A stretch of DNA of 63,448 nt, filler included, from Octopus bimaculoides (Eukaryota): assembly GCF_001194135.2 (NCBI RefSeq). It is 10 parts of 9 records of this genome, joined end to end, with 100 filler letters (N's around TTAATTAATTAA, not from the genome) between each part and the next. Parts side by side here need not be neighbours in the genome. Positions count along the whole stretch, not along the records: positions 1 to 13,937 come from NC_068992.1; positions 14,038 to 16,507 come from NC_068991.1; positions 16,608 to 26,238 come from NC_068995.1; 7 more parts are not named here. The stretch is one strand, 5' to 3'. The first letter of the stretch is position 1, and every line of letters begins with the position of its first letter. The notes beneath the pieces were generated by a model, which saw only the letters and a program-made list of their open reading frames with translations, made no database searches and was not told the origin of the DNA. Position numbers and translations under genes: made by a program. This document shows positions 11,881-23,813 of the stretch, piece after piece.

Positions 11881-14439
11881 ANNNNNNNNNNNNNNNNNNN
11901 NNNNNNNNNNNNNNNNNNNNNNNNNNNNNNNNNNNNNNNNNNNNNNNNNNNNNNNNNNNNNNNNNNNNNNNNNNNNNNNNNNNNNNNNNNNNNNNNNNNN
12001 NNNNNNNNNNNNNNNNNNNNNNNNNNNNNNNNNNNNNNNNNNNNNNNNNNNNNNNNNNNNNNNNNNNNNNNNNNNNNNNNNNNNNNNNNNNNNNNNNNNN
12101 NNNNNNNNNNNNNNNNNNNNNNNNNNNNNNNNNNNNNNNNNNNNNNNNNNCAACACAGATGAGAGAACCATTCCAGTTAGCCTACGATGAGCGGAGAAGA
12201 ATAGCGACACCCAGAACAAGGCATATAACGAGAACGGAAACATTCTTTTGGCGGGGTACCACAGTTGTGTTGTGAGGGGAATTTTCATTGACCATAAAGA
12301 GCAACCAAATGCATTATGACGGGTCTGGTTGATAGCCACTTGGCTGAAACACATAAATAAAAAAATATATATATTTATATATAAAAGGAAAAAAAAAAAA
12401 CAAGTATCATAAAAAAAAAAGCAAAACTATAGACAACCACCAAATTCACCACTACTATTACTATCACAACAACAATAACAACAGCAGCAGCCAGGTAGCA
12501 GTAACAGTAGCAGTTATATCAAGCAAGCGAATGAACAAACAATCGGACAAGTGACCGGAAAAAAGACCGAACCGAATCGAACCGAACACATCTTAAACCT
12601 CGGAATTTACAACAAAGAAAAATACACACAAAAAGAAAGCGATATATATATACATATTATTTCCTGGTATTTTTTCAATGCATTTAATTAATTTTTGTTT
12701 GATTTATTCGTTTGCTTTCTAATGACAGAGAAAAAAATTACCTACACTTCAGAAAAAAGTACAAAAGTAATATAATAATATTATTAATAATAATATTAAT
12801 AAGATTAAATCAGGATAACGGGAAGAAATATGCAGGGCGAAGTTGAACGGAATCAAAGCACCGGGAATCTAAAAGGAAGCGGTTATAAAATAAAAGTAAA
12901 AAAGTTACGTTAAAATAAATAAAAAAAACACACAAAGGGTACAGACAGAAAAGAGGCAAAAATACGGAAAAGAAGAAGAAAAAAATGAAACAAAAGCGAA
13001 AGTTCCATCGTATTGGAATTCATTAAAACTATCACACAAAAATTATGAAGAATAAGTGAAGAGTAATACTATATATATATATATATATGTACATATATAT
13101 ATATATATGTATATACATGCACGAAGAGTGGTTAAAAAAGTTAGTGTGATAGTCTATATAACATGGTTAAAGAAATATTAGCTTTATAAAAAGATCCCCT
13201 AACCGATATTCTTTGGGAAGTCACTACTAATGAAGTTAATGAAGAATTTGATACCGATGCGAAAGATAGTGATCTTAACGTATTCTTAACTCTCAAACGT
13301 TGGGACATACAGACCAAATACCGCATATATATACATATATATATATATATACGAACACATAAATATATATATATATGTGTATGTATATATGTATCTATAA
13401 CGAAGATTGGAGCAATCTGGAGAATTTACTCATTCACTCAAATAATTATTCTGCACCCGTTTTAAAAGGTGTTAACTAAAAGGAAATAATAATAATAAAA
13501 ATAATAACAATATTAATAATCATAAAAAAAAACAACAGCAAAAATAAAGAAAATTCTTGGATATTATGAAAATACAAGCAGCCTTATTCATAGCAGTATA
13601 AATTTATATATATATATATATATATATACTTACGCATAAACGCACACACTTGTGTTAAATTTAATTCTTCAACCACAAAATTAATTTCTAAGAAAATATA
13701 ATTAGCAAAAAGAAAAGAAAAAAAAAAGAAAATTAAAGGTAATTAATACGAAAGAATTATAAAGGTGGAAAGTTAAGTACACAGAGAGTAAAAAAGTTAA
13801 TAATAATAAAATTAATAATAATTATAATAAATGCATTTCGAACGAGAAAGGAGTTTTAAGAGAAAAGAATTTTAAACTGGAAAATTGAAAACCAACAATA
13901 TATTTCTTGGAGTAATTGAAAATCGAAAGGAAGGATTNNNNNNNNNNNNNNNNNNNNNNNNNNNNNNNNNNNNNNNNNNNNTTAATTAATTAANNNNNNN
14001 NNNNNNNNNNNNNNNNNNNNNNNNNNNNNNNNNNNNNGATTGTTTCAGTTTTGATACTGAAATAGTTTTCTTTTACTGTCAGTGTTTCTCCTTCCTTTCT
14101 TTTTGTATTTGTTGCTGGATTGTTCGTAAAGGTTCATAAGAGAAAGTAGGAGTTGAAAGGATTTGTATTAGAAAGAGGAAATTAGATTTTATTAGGGAGA
14201 AAATGTTTACTTGTGTAGTTTTATAAATTTTATTCGTTATTAGGAATTTCTTTGAGTGAAAAAATGACGCAGTGACCTAACAAATTGTATTTAGAATTGC
14301 GATTCTTTAATCCAAGAAATTTGGAATTGTGTAAATGTATGAATTTCAAACATACACACACACACACAGAAAATCTGCCTTATATAGATAAGATAACAAA
14401 AAGAGAAAATGAAAGTAAAAATAGGATGGGAGAGACCCT

Positions 14440-16185
14440 CAGGGTATAAATGTAATATTGAATGTGCAATGTAAGAATTTTTTCACAACTCCATTGGGAC
14501 ACAAATATGATGAGTTTTCTGGTACCACAACTCTACACAAAGAAACGGCAATTACTGCTAACATCGAAATAGAGGAAATGGATCTAATATCAGCCATTGA
14601 TGAAATGAGCTCAAACTCAGCCGCAGGCCCTGGTGTATTCTGAGCAATCCTCCGACAAAAATAGGAAGGGGCTCTAGTAAGACCATTACAAATCCTCTTC
14701 AAAATCTTCCTTGCAACTGAGAGACTTCCCAGAAAGTTAAAGGAAAGCATAATATGTCCTCGATGCTAAAAATTATAGGCCTGTCTCTCTAACCTCTATG
14801 TCAGCAAAGTCATCGGACGCACTGTCAAGAGAAAACTGTTTGCATTCCTTGAAGATAACGACTTACTGCCTGACACTCAGCATGCCGTCCACTCAGGAAG
14901 AAGCTGCCTTACACAACTTTTGCAGCATTATGACTGAGTGTTGGAACAACTAATGAATCACTTGAATGTGGGTGTGACATATCTTGACTTTGCATAGGTC
15001 TTTGATAAGGTTGATCATGGAATGATATGTCACAAGCTGAGACTCAGCATAACTCGGAAATTTGGTGAGTGGTTGCACAACTTCTTAAAATACAGAAACC
15101 AGGCTGCAGAAGCAATGGATCCCTCTCCAAGGAGACAATAATAGAAAGTGGAATGCCTCAGGGAACTTGTATTGAGGTCACTGCTGTTCATGGTTGGAAA
15201 ACTGAGAGGGTGGTTACATGACTTCTTAAATGACAGAAGCCAGGTTGTGACAGCCAATGGGGTCTTTTCCGAGCAGACGCTAATAGCAATTGGAGTGCTT
15301 CAGCAAACTGTCTTGGGGACCACTCAGTTTATGGTGGCTCTTTTGTATATGCTATCAGATGCACAGACAGCTACACTTTCTAGTGATGCCAACAACACAA
15401 AAGTAGTACAAGCAGTCAAGAAATATCACAATGCTAATCTTCTACACAAAGACGTAGATGCAAAAATAAAAAGGGCTGAAGATAACAACATGCAATTTAA
15501 TACAAGGAATTTCCAAGCCCTCCGCTATCAGTTAGCTTGTGCTTACATGCTGTAACAATGATACTTTGGGCTAAAAGGAGTGGCAATCCCAGAATGTGAT
15601 CTGGGAATATGAGCAACAATGCCTTGTTTCACATGCATATAACCAAGATGGTAGCAATGTACAGGCAAACAATTGGATGGATTCTGAGGACTTACAGAAC
15701 AAGAAACAAGAAAACTATGCCGATTCTATGAAGGACATTTGTACTCAGCCATCTGGACTATGGCTCTCAATTGTGGTCAACCCAACAGTGTTGAGTAAAT
15801 AGTGTAACTTGAGGCACTTCAACAGTGCTACACCATGTAGATTGCATTAATGGAACAGCTGAGCTACCACAAGAAACTGAAAGAGTTATGACTCTCCTCC
15901 CTAGAGTGAAGATAGGAGAGATAAGCAGTGATATATGAATGGAATACTCTGGAGGAGTTGACACCAAACTTTAGCATTGAGAGATAGACAAACCCCCAAA
16001 TGAATGTCACTGCACTGTTCCAAATGTGCCAGCTGTTCCATCTAGAGTGAGGACCATACATTGAAATAGCTTGGGGTTCAAGAGCCCACAGCTATTTAAT
16101 ACCTTGGCAAAACATTTGATGGATCTACATGAAGTATGGGTAGATGTTTTCAAGAAACAACTTGAATACTTACTGTTCTAAATGA
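14440..16185 (+). mobile_element. Decayed CR1/L2-group non-LTR retrotransposon RT (same group as 1040-2485)
   Basis: SSNSAAGPGVF, NYRPVSLTS, YLDFA.VFDKVDHG, GWLHDFLNDRSQVVTANGVFS and C-terminal QLFN..L..FKKQL motifs across broken frames. Confidence 0.85.
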
Positions 16186-16339
16186 AGCTACACTCAAATT
16201 CAAAAGAAGGCATCACTGTTGAACTTCCTCCACCAAAAGCCAATTGTATAAGCATGGTCACTGAAAATGTGATAACACTGGTGGTGGCCCAGCATGGCCA
16301 CAGCCTTTGGGCTGAAAAGCGTAAAAGACAAAATACATG

Positions 16340-16448
16340 TACTTCATCATCATCATCATCATCGTTTAACGTCCGCTTTCCATGCTAGCATGGGTTGGAC
16401 GATTTGAGTGAAGACTGGTGAAACCGGATGGCAACACCAGGCTCCAAT
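16340..16448 (-). mobile_element. 3' part of RTE-tailed SINE family E
   Basis: (CAT)n-gtttaacgtccgctttccatgctagcatgggttggacgattt...ggatggcaacaccaggctcca is the reverse complement of the 52817-53038 copy's 3' half. Confidence 0.85.
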
Positions 16449-16607
16449 ATGTATATATTTGTATACATGTATGTATATATATATATATATTTTTTTTTTT
16501 TTCATTTNNNNNNNNNNNNNNNNNNNNNNNNNNNNNNNNNNNNNNNNNNNNTTAATTAATTAANNNNNNNNNNNNNNNNNNNNNNNNNNNNNNNNNNNNN
16601 NNNNNNN

Positions 16608-16699
<92 letters not shown>

Positions 16700-16700
16700 T

Positions 16701-16826
16701 ATAACTATATAATATATCATCATAATAATAGTATATATAATCCGATTTAAAGCGACATTTATATATAAATGTCGCTTTAAATCGGAATATATATATTATT
16801 ATTATGATATATTGTTATATAGTTAT
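16701..16826. repeat. Long imperfect palindrome with a perfect 46-bp core (16741-16786)
   Basis: tccgatttaaagcgacatttatatataaatgtcgctttaaatcgga equals its own reverse complement; flanks pair imperfectly for about 40 more bp each side. Confidence 0.95.
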
Positions 16827-17984
16827 TTTTGTACTAATAGACTTCCATAGTCTATTAGTGGGGATTAACATAAACTGGGGATTGACATAAACTTGTAGTC
16901 TGATGTCTTGTCATAGGGATAGCGAGAAAGGATAACAGTCACGTACAGAAAGGATAGACGATACCTTGACTTGTACATTCTGCCAGTAATTGAGCTGTGC
17001 AGAAGAGTTAAACTAAGCGCTCGTATTTCGAAGCCGAAGCACAATAAGGAAGTAACGCCCTTACTTTATGGCAGGGCACCGTCCACTCAGCGTACTTGAA
17101 TTGTGAGTGGACGGTGCCTTGGGAAGACAACATGGGATGAGTTCATTAATAGAAGGGCTTAAGGCAAGGGGTAAATGAATCGTATAAAGCACAAATATGG
17201 CAGTCTAAAGTAATTCGAGTAGATATGGGTTGTCTGTGTTTGTGACTAGCTCGATAATACCTTAGTTAAGGAAGATTAAGGGAATAGTGGATCGTAAACT
17301 GTAGATGGAAGAAGAAAACAACAATTTTTCATCGATTTAGCAGTTGCAAGTGCAAGATACAATAAATCTGAAAGGAATGAACAATTCCTGATTGATCAGG
17401 GAAAGATGTAACCAGCAAATGAAGTTTCGTAAACGTATTCTGTGAAAGTAACGGGTCCAGACCAATTAAATAGCAACAGCGGAATGACAAAGAAATCATC
17501 ACCAAACTATACAACTCATTTAATTTATGAGTGGACAGCGGACATTATATGTTAGGAAGAAAGTATCTAAATGTATGATCAATACTCCATCTTTAAATAA
17601 ATCTGGTTCCTGCACAGTTACAAGAGACTGTCAGATGTTTGGAACATTTTTGTACAATAGAATAACTCACAAAATGAAAGTGAAAATGAAAGTGATAATG
17701 AAAGTGAAACGGAAAAGCTAAAGAACAGACACTCCCTGTTTCTTTTAGCCCTAGGCCAGACCTGATTAAAAAGTCGTGCAGTCAAGGGCATTGAAACCGC
17801 GACTGTGCTATCTTTGTGTTTCTGTGATACAGTATTCAATCTCCTTCCTTTAAATTTTGAAAACGGTAATATATTATTTGAGAGAGTTTCGTTGCTGTTT
17901 CTAGCAGGGGAAATTTGATGGCTAGTTCAAGCAAATATTGTGTTCTCAGGATATATTATCCAATCTATCCTTCCAATTAGTTTA

Positions 17985-18180
17985 AAATTTTGGCACAAGG
18001 CCAGCAAATTTGGGAGAGGTGCGGTGTCGATTAAATCACTCCCTCGCCACAATATTCAACTGGTACTTATTTCATCGGCTCTGAAAGGGTGAATGGCAAA
18101 GTCGACTCCTTCGAAATTTCAAGTCAGAACATTCGGACGGACGAAATATTTTGCCCGGCGTGCCAACAATCCTGCCAGCT
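17985..18180 (-). mobile_element. SINE family A copy
   Basis: ggcacaaggccagcaaattt...ctggtacttatttcatcggctctgaaagggtgaatggcaaagtcgac...ccggcgtgccaacaatcctgccagct. Confidence 0.8.
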
Positions 18181-18549
18181 TAATCTATTGAGACAGCAAT
18201 GTGTAGTCCGAGGGAGATTTGGCTGCTTTTTCTAGCATTGCATTTCTCCTCATTGTTTCGTACTCAATCTACAAATTTTGGAGATCTTCTATTCTAATAT
18301 TAGCAGAATTTCCCTTTTTGACAAGTTTACATCTCCACTCAACGGTAACGTCAACCATAGTTACACTAACAGGATCTTAGATGTTACCTTTAATAGAAAA
18401 TGCTTTGGCTAAGATCGATCTTCTCAGGCCCGAACCGATGGAGACATCACTGAAATTGCTTACTTCAAGCGGTGGCGAGTGTATCATGGAAGTGATGAAT
18501 GTCACATGAATTAAACAGAAATGTTGTTTTAAATTATTTAAAAAAAAAA

Positions 18550-18814
18550 CAAGCGACTACAGCAACTACTACTACTACTACTACCACCACCACCAACAAC
18601 GCCACCACCACCACCACCACCGCTACTACTACCACAACCACCACTACTACTACTACCACAACCACCACTACTACTACTACCACCAACACCACCACCACCA
18701 CCACCACCACCAACACCACCACCACAACCACCACTACTACTACTACCACCAACACCACTACTACTACTACCACCACTATCACCACCACCACCACCACTAC
18801 TACTACTACTAATA

Positions 18815-18848
<34 letters not shown>

Positions 18849-19700
18849 AACAGAAGCAAAACTAGTAATTACAACAATGACAACAACAGGAGCAGCAGTT
18901 GTTGCAGTGACATCTACAAGAATAACAGTAACATCAACAACGACAACGGTAAGTAGAGCAACAGCAGCAAAGACAGCAAGAAGAAGAAGAAGAAGAAGAA
19001 GAAGAAGACATTAAAGAGGAAAAGGAAGATGAATAATAATAAGAATATGATAAAGAATTTAAGGAAGAAGAAGAAAAACAACAACAACTACTACAACATC
19101 AACAACGGTAACAGTAGCGGCCACGTGAGTAAGAAAAACAACAATAATACGAACATCAACATGGCAACGATGACGACAACAAAGTCAGGTATTAAAACGA
19201 ATACAACAATAACAACAATGGTGACAACATCAGCAGTAATGCTTCTGTAGCTAAAAATGGCTGCCTTCCCTACCTCCCCTCTCATCCCAACCAATCGCTT
19301 CAACAACAACAACAACAGCAACAAATACAATAAAATAACGGTAACATCGATGAAAACAAGCGCAAGTTATAGAAACACTAAAAGTAACAAATAGAAAAAA
19401 AATAAAGTGTAAATAAACATTAAGGCACATCAACGTTAGCATGAACAACAACAACAACAACGGCGACGACGATGACGACGACGACGGTCAACGGCAACCA
19501 CAACAACAGTGGATAGAGCTGGTGGCGGTTGTGGTGAGATCGAAAACAAAAACAGCAATAGAAATAATAATAAGATAAGACACAGCTGGTAGGAGTCGTT
19601 ACAACAGCAGCAGCAGCAGCAGCAGCAACAAGACCAGAAGTAACAGCAACAGCAATAATTTGAGATGCAGTTAGTAGTATTTGCAGTATCAGCAGCAGTG
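18550..19700. repeat. Trinucleotide low-complexity region (ACT/ACC/ACA, AAG, CAG, AAC)
   Basis: Directly visible; gives the poly-Thr/poly-Val ORFs 18499..19014 and 18534..18797. Confidence 0.9.
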
Positions 19701-20191
19701 GTATGGTGGTCTACAGCTGTAGTGGCAAGAGGTGGAGAGGGGGGAGACGGCGGACGGAAATTGAAAAGCGGCAATGTATTGTAGCCAGCGGAAGTCGAAG
19801 TGTTCAAAGCAAGACCTTCATGTGTTGAGGACGGCGGGAAATCACAAGGAAATTAACAGGCATAGAGTCATTGGAATTGGTGTGATGCATAAATTGGTAG
19901 ATGGAGGGGTGGCTTTTGAATCGGGGGGAAGAGTTACGTATGGAGAAGGACGATTGAATGTTTGTGGCGGCGATGGTGGTTTTGTAATAGCAATGGCGGT
20001 GGTGCTATTAGGGGTGGTAGTGACGGTGGTGGTAATGATGATGTAGGTGATGGTGTTAATGGTAAAGGTGGCGGCCATTGTGGTGATGGTTACAGTGGTG
20101 TGATGGTGGCGCTAGTGGTAGCTGTGGTTGTGGTTGAGGTGATGATAAACGTGGTGACGGTAGTAGCTCTGATGTTAATTGTAGCAGTGAT

Positions 20192-20576
20192 TGGTTGGCA
20201 CTCCGTCGGTTACGACGACGAGGGTTCCAGTTGATCCGATCAACGGAATAGCCCGCTCGTGAAATTAACGTGCAAGTGGCTGAGCACTCCACAGACACGT
20301 GTACCCTTAACGTAGTTCTCGGGGATATTCAGTGTGACACAGAGCATGACAAGGCTGGCCCTTTGAAATACAAGTACAGCAGAAATAGGAAGAAAGAGTG
20401 AGAGAAGGTTGTGGTGGAAGAGTACAGCAGGGTTCGCCACCATCCCCTGCCGGACCCTCGTGGAGCTTTAGGTGTTTTTGCTCAATAAACACTCACAATG
20501 CCCAGTCTGGGAATCGAAACCACGATCCTACGACCGCGAGTCCGATGCCCTAACCACTGGGCCATTGCGCCTCCAC
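20192..20576 (-). mobile_element. SINE family C, full-length, with 12-bp target-site duplication
   Basis: Flanked by tgtagcagtgat at 20180-20191 and 20577-20588; similar to 2486-2867. Confidence 0.92.
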
Positions 20577-21313
20577 TGTAGCAGTGATAGTGTGAAGGTG
20601 TAGGTTACAGTTGTAATCGCAGCAGTACTGGTGGTGGTGATGTTGGTGGTTACGATGTGTCGGTGATGGTGGTGGTGGTAGTGGTGGTGGTGGTGGTAGC
20701 AGTAGTGTTGTAGTGGTAGTGATGGCGGTGGTACTAATTGCGATAATGGATAAAATTATGTTGATGGTCGTAATGGTGATGGTGGTATCAGTGGCTAACG
20801 ACGATAGAGAAAAGATTGTTGCGGTGGTGGTGGCCGTAGTGGTTATGGGACGTGTTTGTATTGGTTGTGGTGTTTACATTGCGTCTAACTGCAGCAGAGA
20901 CTGGAAAAAGTGGTGGTGCTGGGGGTGGGGGTCGTCGGGGGTAGTTATGATGGCGGTGGTGGTGAAGGTGTAAGCATGATTTGGGGTGTGGTACTAGATG
21001 GTGACGGTGAAAATAGACATGGCTGGAAGGGCAGCCACTGGCGAGGGAAATTGATCAGGAAAGTAAACTGCTTATCAAAGCATTCCTGCCATGGCAACCC
21101 CGTCTTTTCTCTATGTATAGGAATCAAAACACTACGTTAAAGTCATGTGCAATTTGAGGGAAATTTAACTGCTTTTTCTGCAAGTAAAACAGCCTGTTAG
21201 ATGCCCTCTTTTACAGACGACATTTTGTATCCAGTTTGAAAACGTGAAATTCGAATAACTAGATTCGAGATTCCAGCTGTAATAATGAAGCACAGACAAA
21301 TTCTACATGCACG

Positions 21314-21319
<6 letters not shown>

Positions 21320-21377
<58 letters not shown>

Positions 21378-21605
21378 TATACGTATATGTATATATACTC
21401 ATAGACGCCGATGTATGAACATGCGTATAGCATGACGCCGTATATAAAATTGTTTGTACGATGCTTTTCATTATTTGTCTCGAAATTTTTTTTTTTAATA
21501 TCCTGCTACACGATGGCGAATATTCCTAAAGATAATTGACATTGCGATTCACATTTGAGAGTTGATTATATACACAAGCATACACACATACAAATGTACG
21601 CACAT

Positions 21606-21645
<40 letters not shown>

Positions 21646-21827
21646 CACACTACACACACATGCACTTATATGTACATGTATATATATAGATGTTTATATG
21701 TATATACATATATATATTTATATACATATGTGTGTATAAGTGCATACGCGTATGCATATGCATATGTACACATACGCGCGTGCACACACAAATACACATA
21801 GGTACATACAAACAAACATGTATATAT

Positions 21828-21865
<38 letters not shown>

Positions 21866-21951
21866 GTGTGTATATATATATTGATATATATATACATATA
21901 TATGTGTATATATATATTGAGATATATATATATATATATATATATATTGAC

Positions 21952-21983
<32 letters not shown>

Positions 21984-21995
21984 ATATATATATTN
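21320..21995. repeat. (CA)n and (TA)n microsatellites running into an N-gap
   Basis: Directly visible. Confidence 0.95.
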
Positions 21996-23149
21996 NNNNN
22001 NNNNNNNNNNNNNNNNNNNNNNNNNNNNNNNNNNNNNNNNNNNNNNNNNNNNNNNNNNNNNNNNNNNNNNNNNNNNNNNNNNNNNNNNNNNNNNNNNNNN
22101 NNNNNNNNNNNNNNNNNNNNNNNNNNNNNNNNNNNNNNNNNNNNNNNNNNNNNNNNNNNNNNNNNNNNNNNNNNNNNNNNNNNNNNNNNNNNNNNNNNNN
22201 NNNNNNNNNNNNNNNNNNNNNNNNNNNNNNNNNNNNNNNNNNNNNNNNNNNNNNNNNNNNNNNNNNNNNNNNNNNNNNNNNNNNNNNNNNNNNNNNNNNN
22301 NNNNNNNNNNNNNNNNNNNNNNNNNNNNNNNNNNNNNNNNNNNNNNNNNNNNNNNNNNNNNNNNNNNNNNNNNNNNNNNNNNNNNNNNNNNNNNNNNNNN
22401 NNNNNNNNNNNNNNNNNNNNNNNNNNNNNNNNNNNNNNNNNNNNNNNNNNNNNNNNNNNNNNNNNNNNNNNNNNNNNNNNNNNNNNNNNNNNNNNNNNNN
22501 NNNNNNNNNNNNNNNNNNNNNNNNNNNNNNNNNNNNNNNNNNNNNNNNNNNNNNNNNNNNNNNNNNNNNNNNNNNNNNNNNNNNNNNNNNNNNNNNNNNN
22601 NNNNNNNNNNNNNNNNNNNNNNNNNNNNNNNNNNNNNNNNNNNNNNNNNNNNNNNNNNNNNNNNNNNNNNNNNNNNNNNNNNNNNNNNNNNNNNNNNNNN
22701 NNNNNNNNNNNNNNNNNNNNNNNNNNNNNNNNNNNNNNNNNNNNNNNNNNNNNNNNNNNNNNNNNNNNNNNNNNNNNNNNNNNNNNNNNNNNNNNNNNNN
22801 NNNNNNNNNNNNNNNNNNNNNNNNNNNNNNNNNNNNNNNNNNNNNNNNNNNNNNNNNNNNNNNNNNNNNNNNNNNNNNNNNNNNNNNNNNNNNNNNNNNN
22901 NNNNNNNNNNNNNNNNNNNNNNGGAGAAGTTCCTATACGACAGCTTAGTGAGTTGGCAGCTTGAAAAAGAGCCTATATGGCAACTCTATGGCAGAGCCTC
23001 AAGCTCTCAACGCTTTTTGGCTGAGACTGGCGTACTATGGAAGCATTAAACATCACTCTTCAGCTATTGTAGCGTAGTAAGCCCCACTAACAGTTCTCTA
23101 ACTGGGGCCCACACTTGCCAGAGCCGACCCTTAGTAGGTGTTATATTAT

Positions 23150-23813
23150 TAACCAGAAAAGCACTCGGTGAGCGCATAGCGGCTCATTTCCACGCATTCT
23201 GAAAATCGCCCAATTTCCCAAACCAATGCCGGCAAAAACATAACCTCCTTGGCGGGGTTTAAAAAAAATTAACACAGCCATATGATTTTTAAAAAAACCT
23301 TTAAAAATAGGAATATCTGAACCAGTTATAATACATCAATGACAACAGGAAGCTAATTTCACAGCGGCGGTGGAGGGAGCAAAGCTTGCGATTTTTGAAT
23401 TGATCCCAATAGTCAAGGCTTGTCATGTCTTCCTCCGCAGACCTCCGCCAATCAGCTCATTTTAAGATAGCTACGTGAGTAAAATTACTAACAGAGAAAC
23501 AAAAATAAACTTTGGAAACAGCAACGCCACCATAGGTTAAGTGGAAACGAGGAACGTGTTTTCAAGGGAGATAATCAAAGAACGTAACATTGTAATACTT
23601 CATGTAAAGTAAATATAACAAATGAAAAATCCTTCAAGAACCCATAAAAATTCCTGGATCACTACCAATATTTCATCATCTGTTCCTTGTGTCATTACCA
23701 ACTTTGCCTGCAAGTTTCATCAAATACCATTCACAACTTTTTGAGTTATTTGCACACAGACGGACAGACGGACAAATCAATGCCGATGAAAACAACTTCC
23801 TTGCGGAGGTAAT
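23150..23813 (+). mobile_element. Non-autonomous Helentron-associated (HINE/DINE-1-like) element, composite
   Basis: Starts aaccagaaaagcactcggtgagcgca. It has a (GACG/GACA) microsatellite near 23755 and ends aaaacaacttccttgcggaggtaat; a second 3'-type end aaaacataacctccttggcggggt lies at about 23235-23260. Family assignment from recalled motif layout. Confidence 0.6.

Noticed and set aside
11230-14260. Oddly textured A-rich and GA-rich sequence
   Set aside because: Looks like low-accuracy gap fill or degenerate simple repeats; no consistent unit or coding signal.
18499-19014. 171-aa Thr-rich mucin-like ORF
   Set aside because: Pure trinucleotide slippage repeats in a region full of them; no signal peptide or splice support.
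8957-23049. Long ORFs of 200-390 aa in the track
   Set aside because: They run through N-gaps and dinucleotide or GA-rich tracts.
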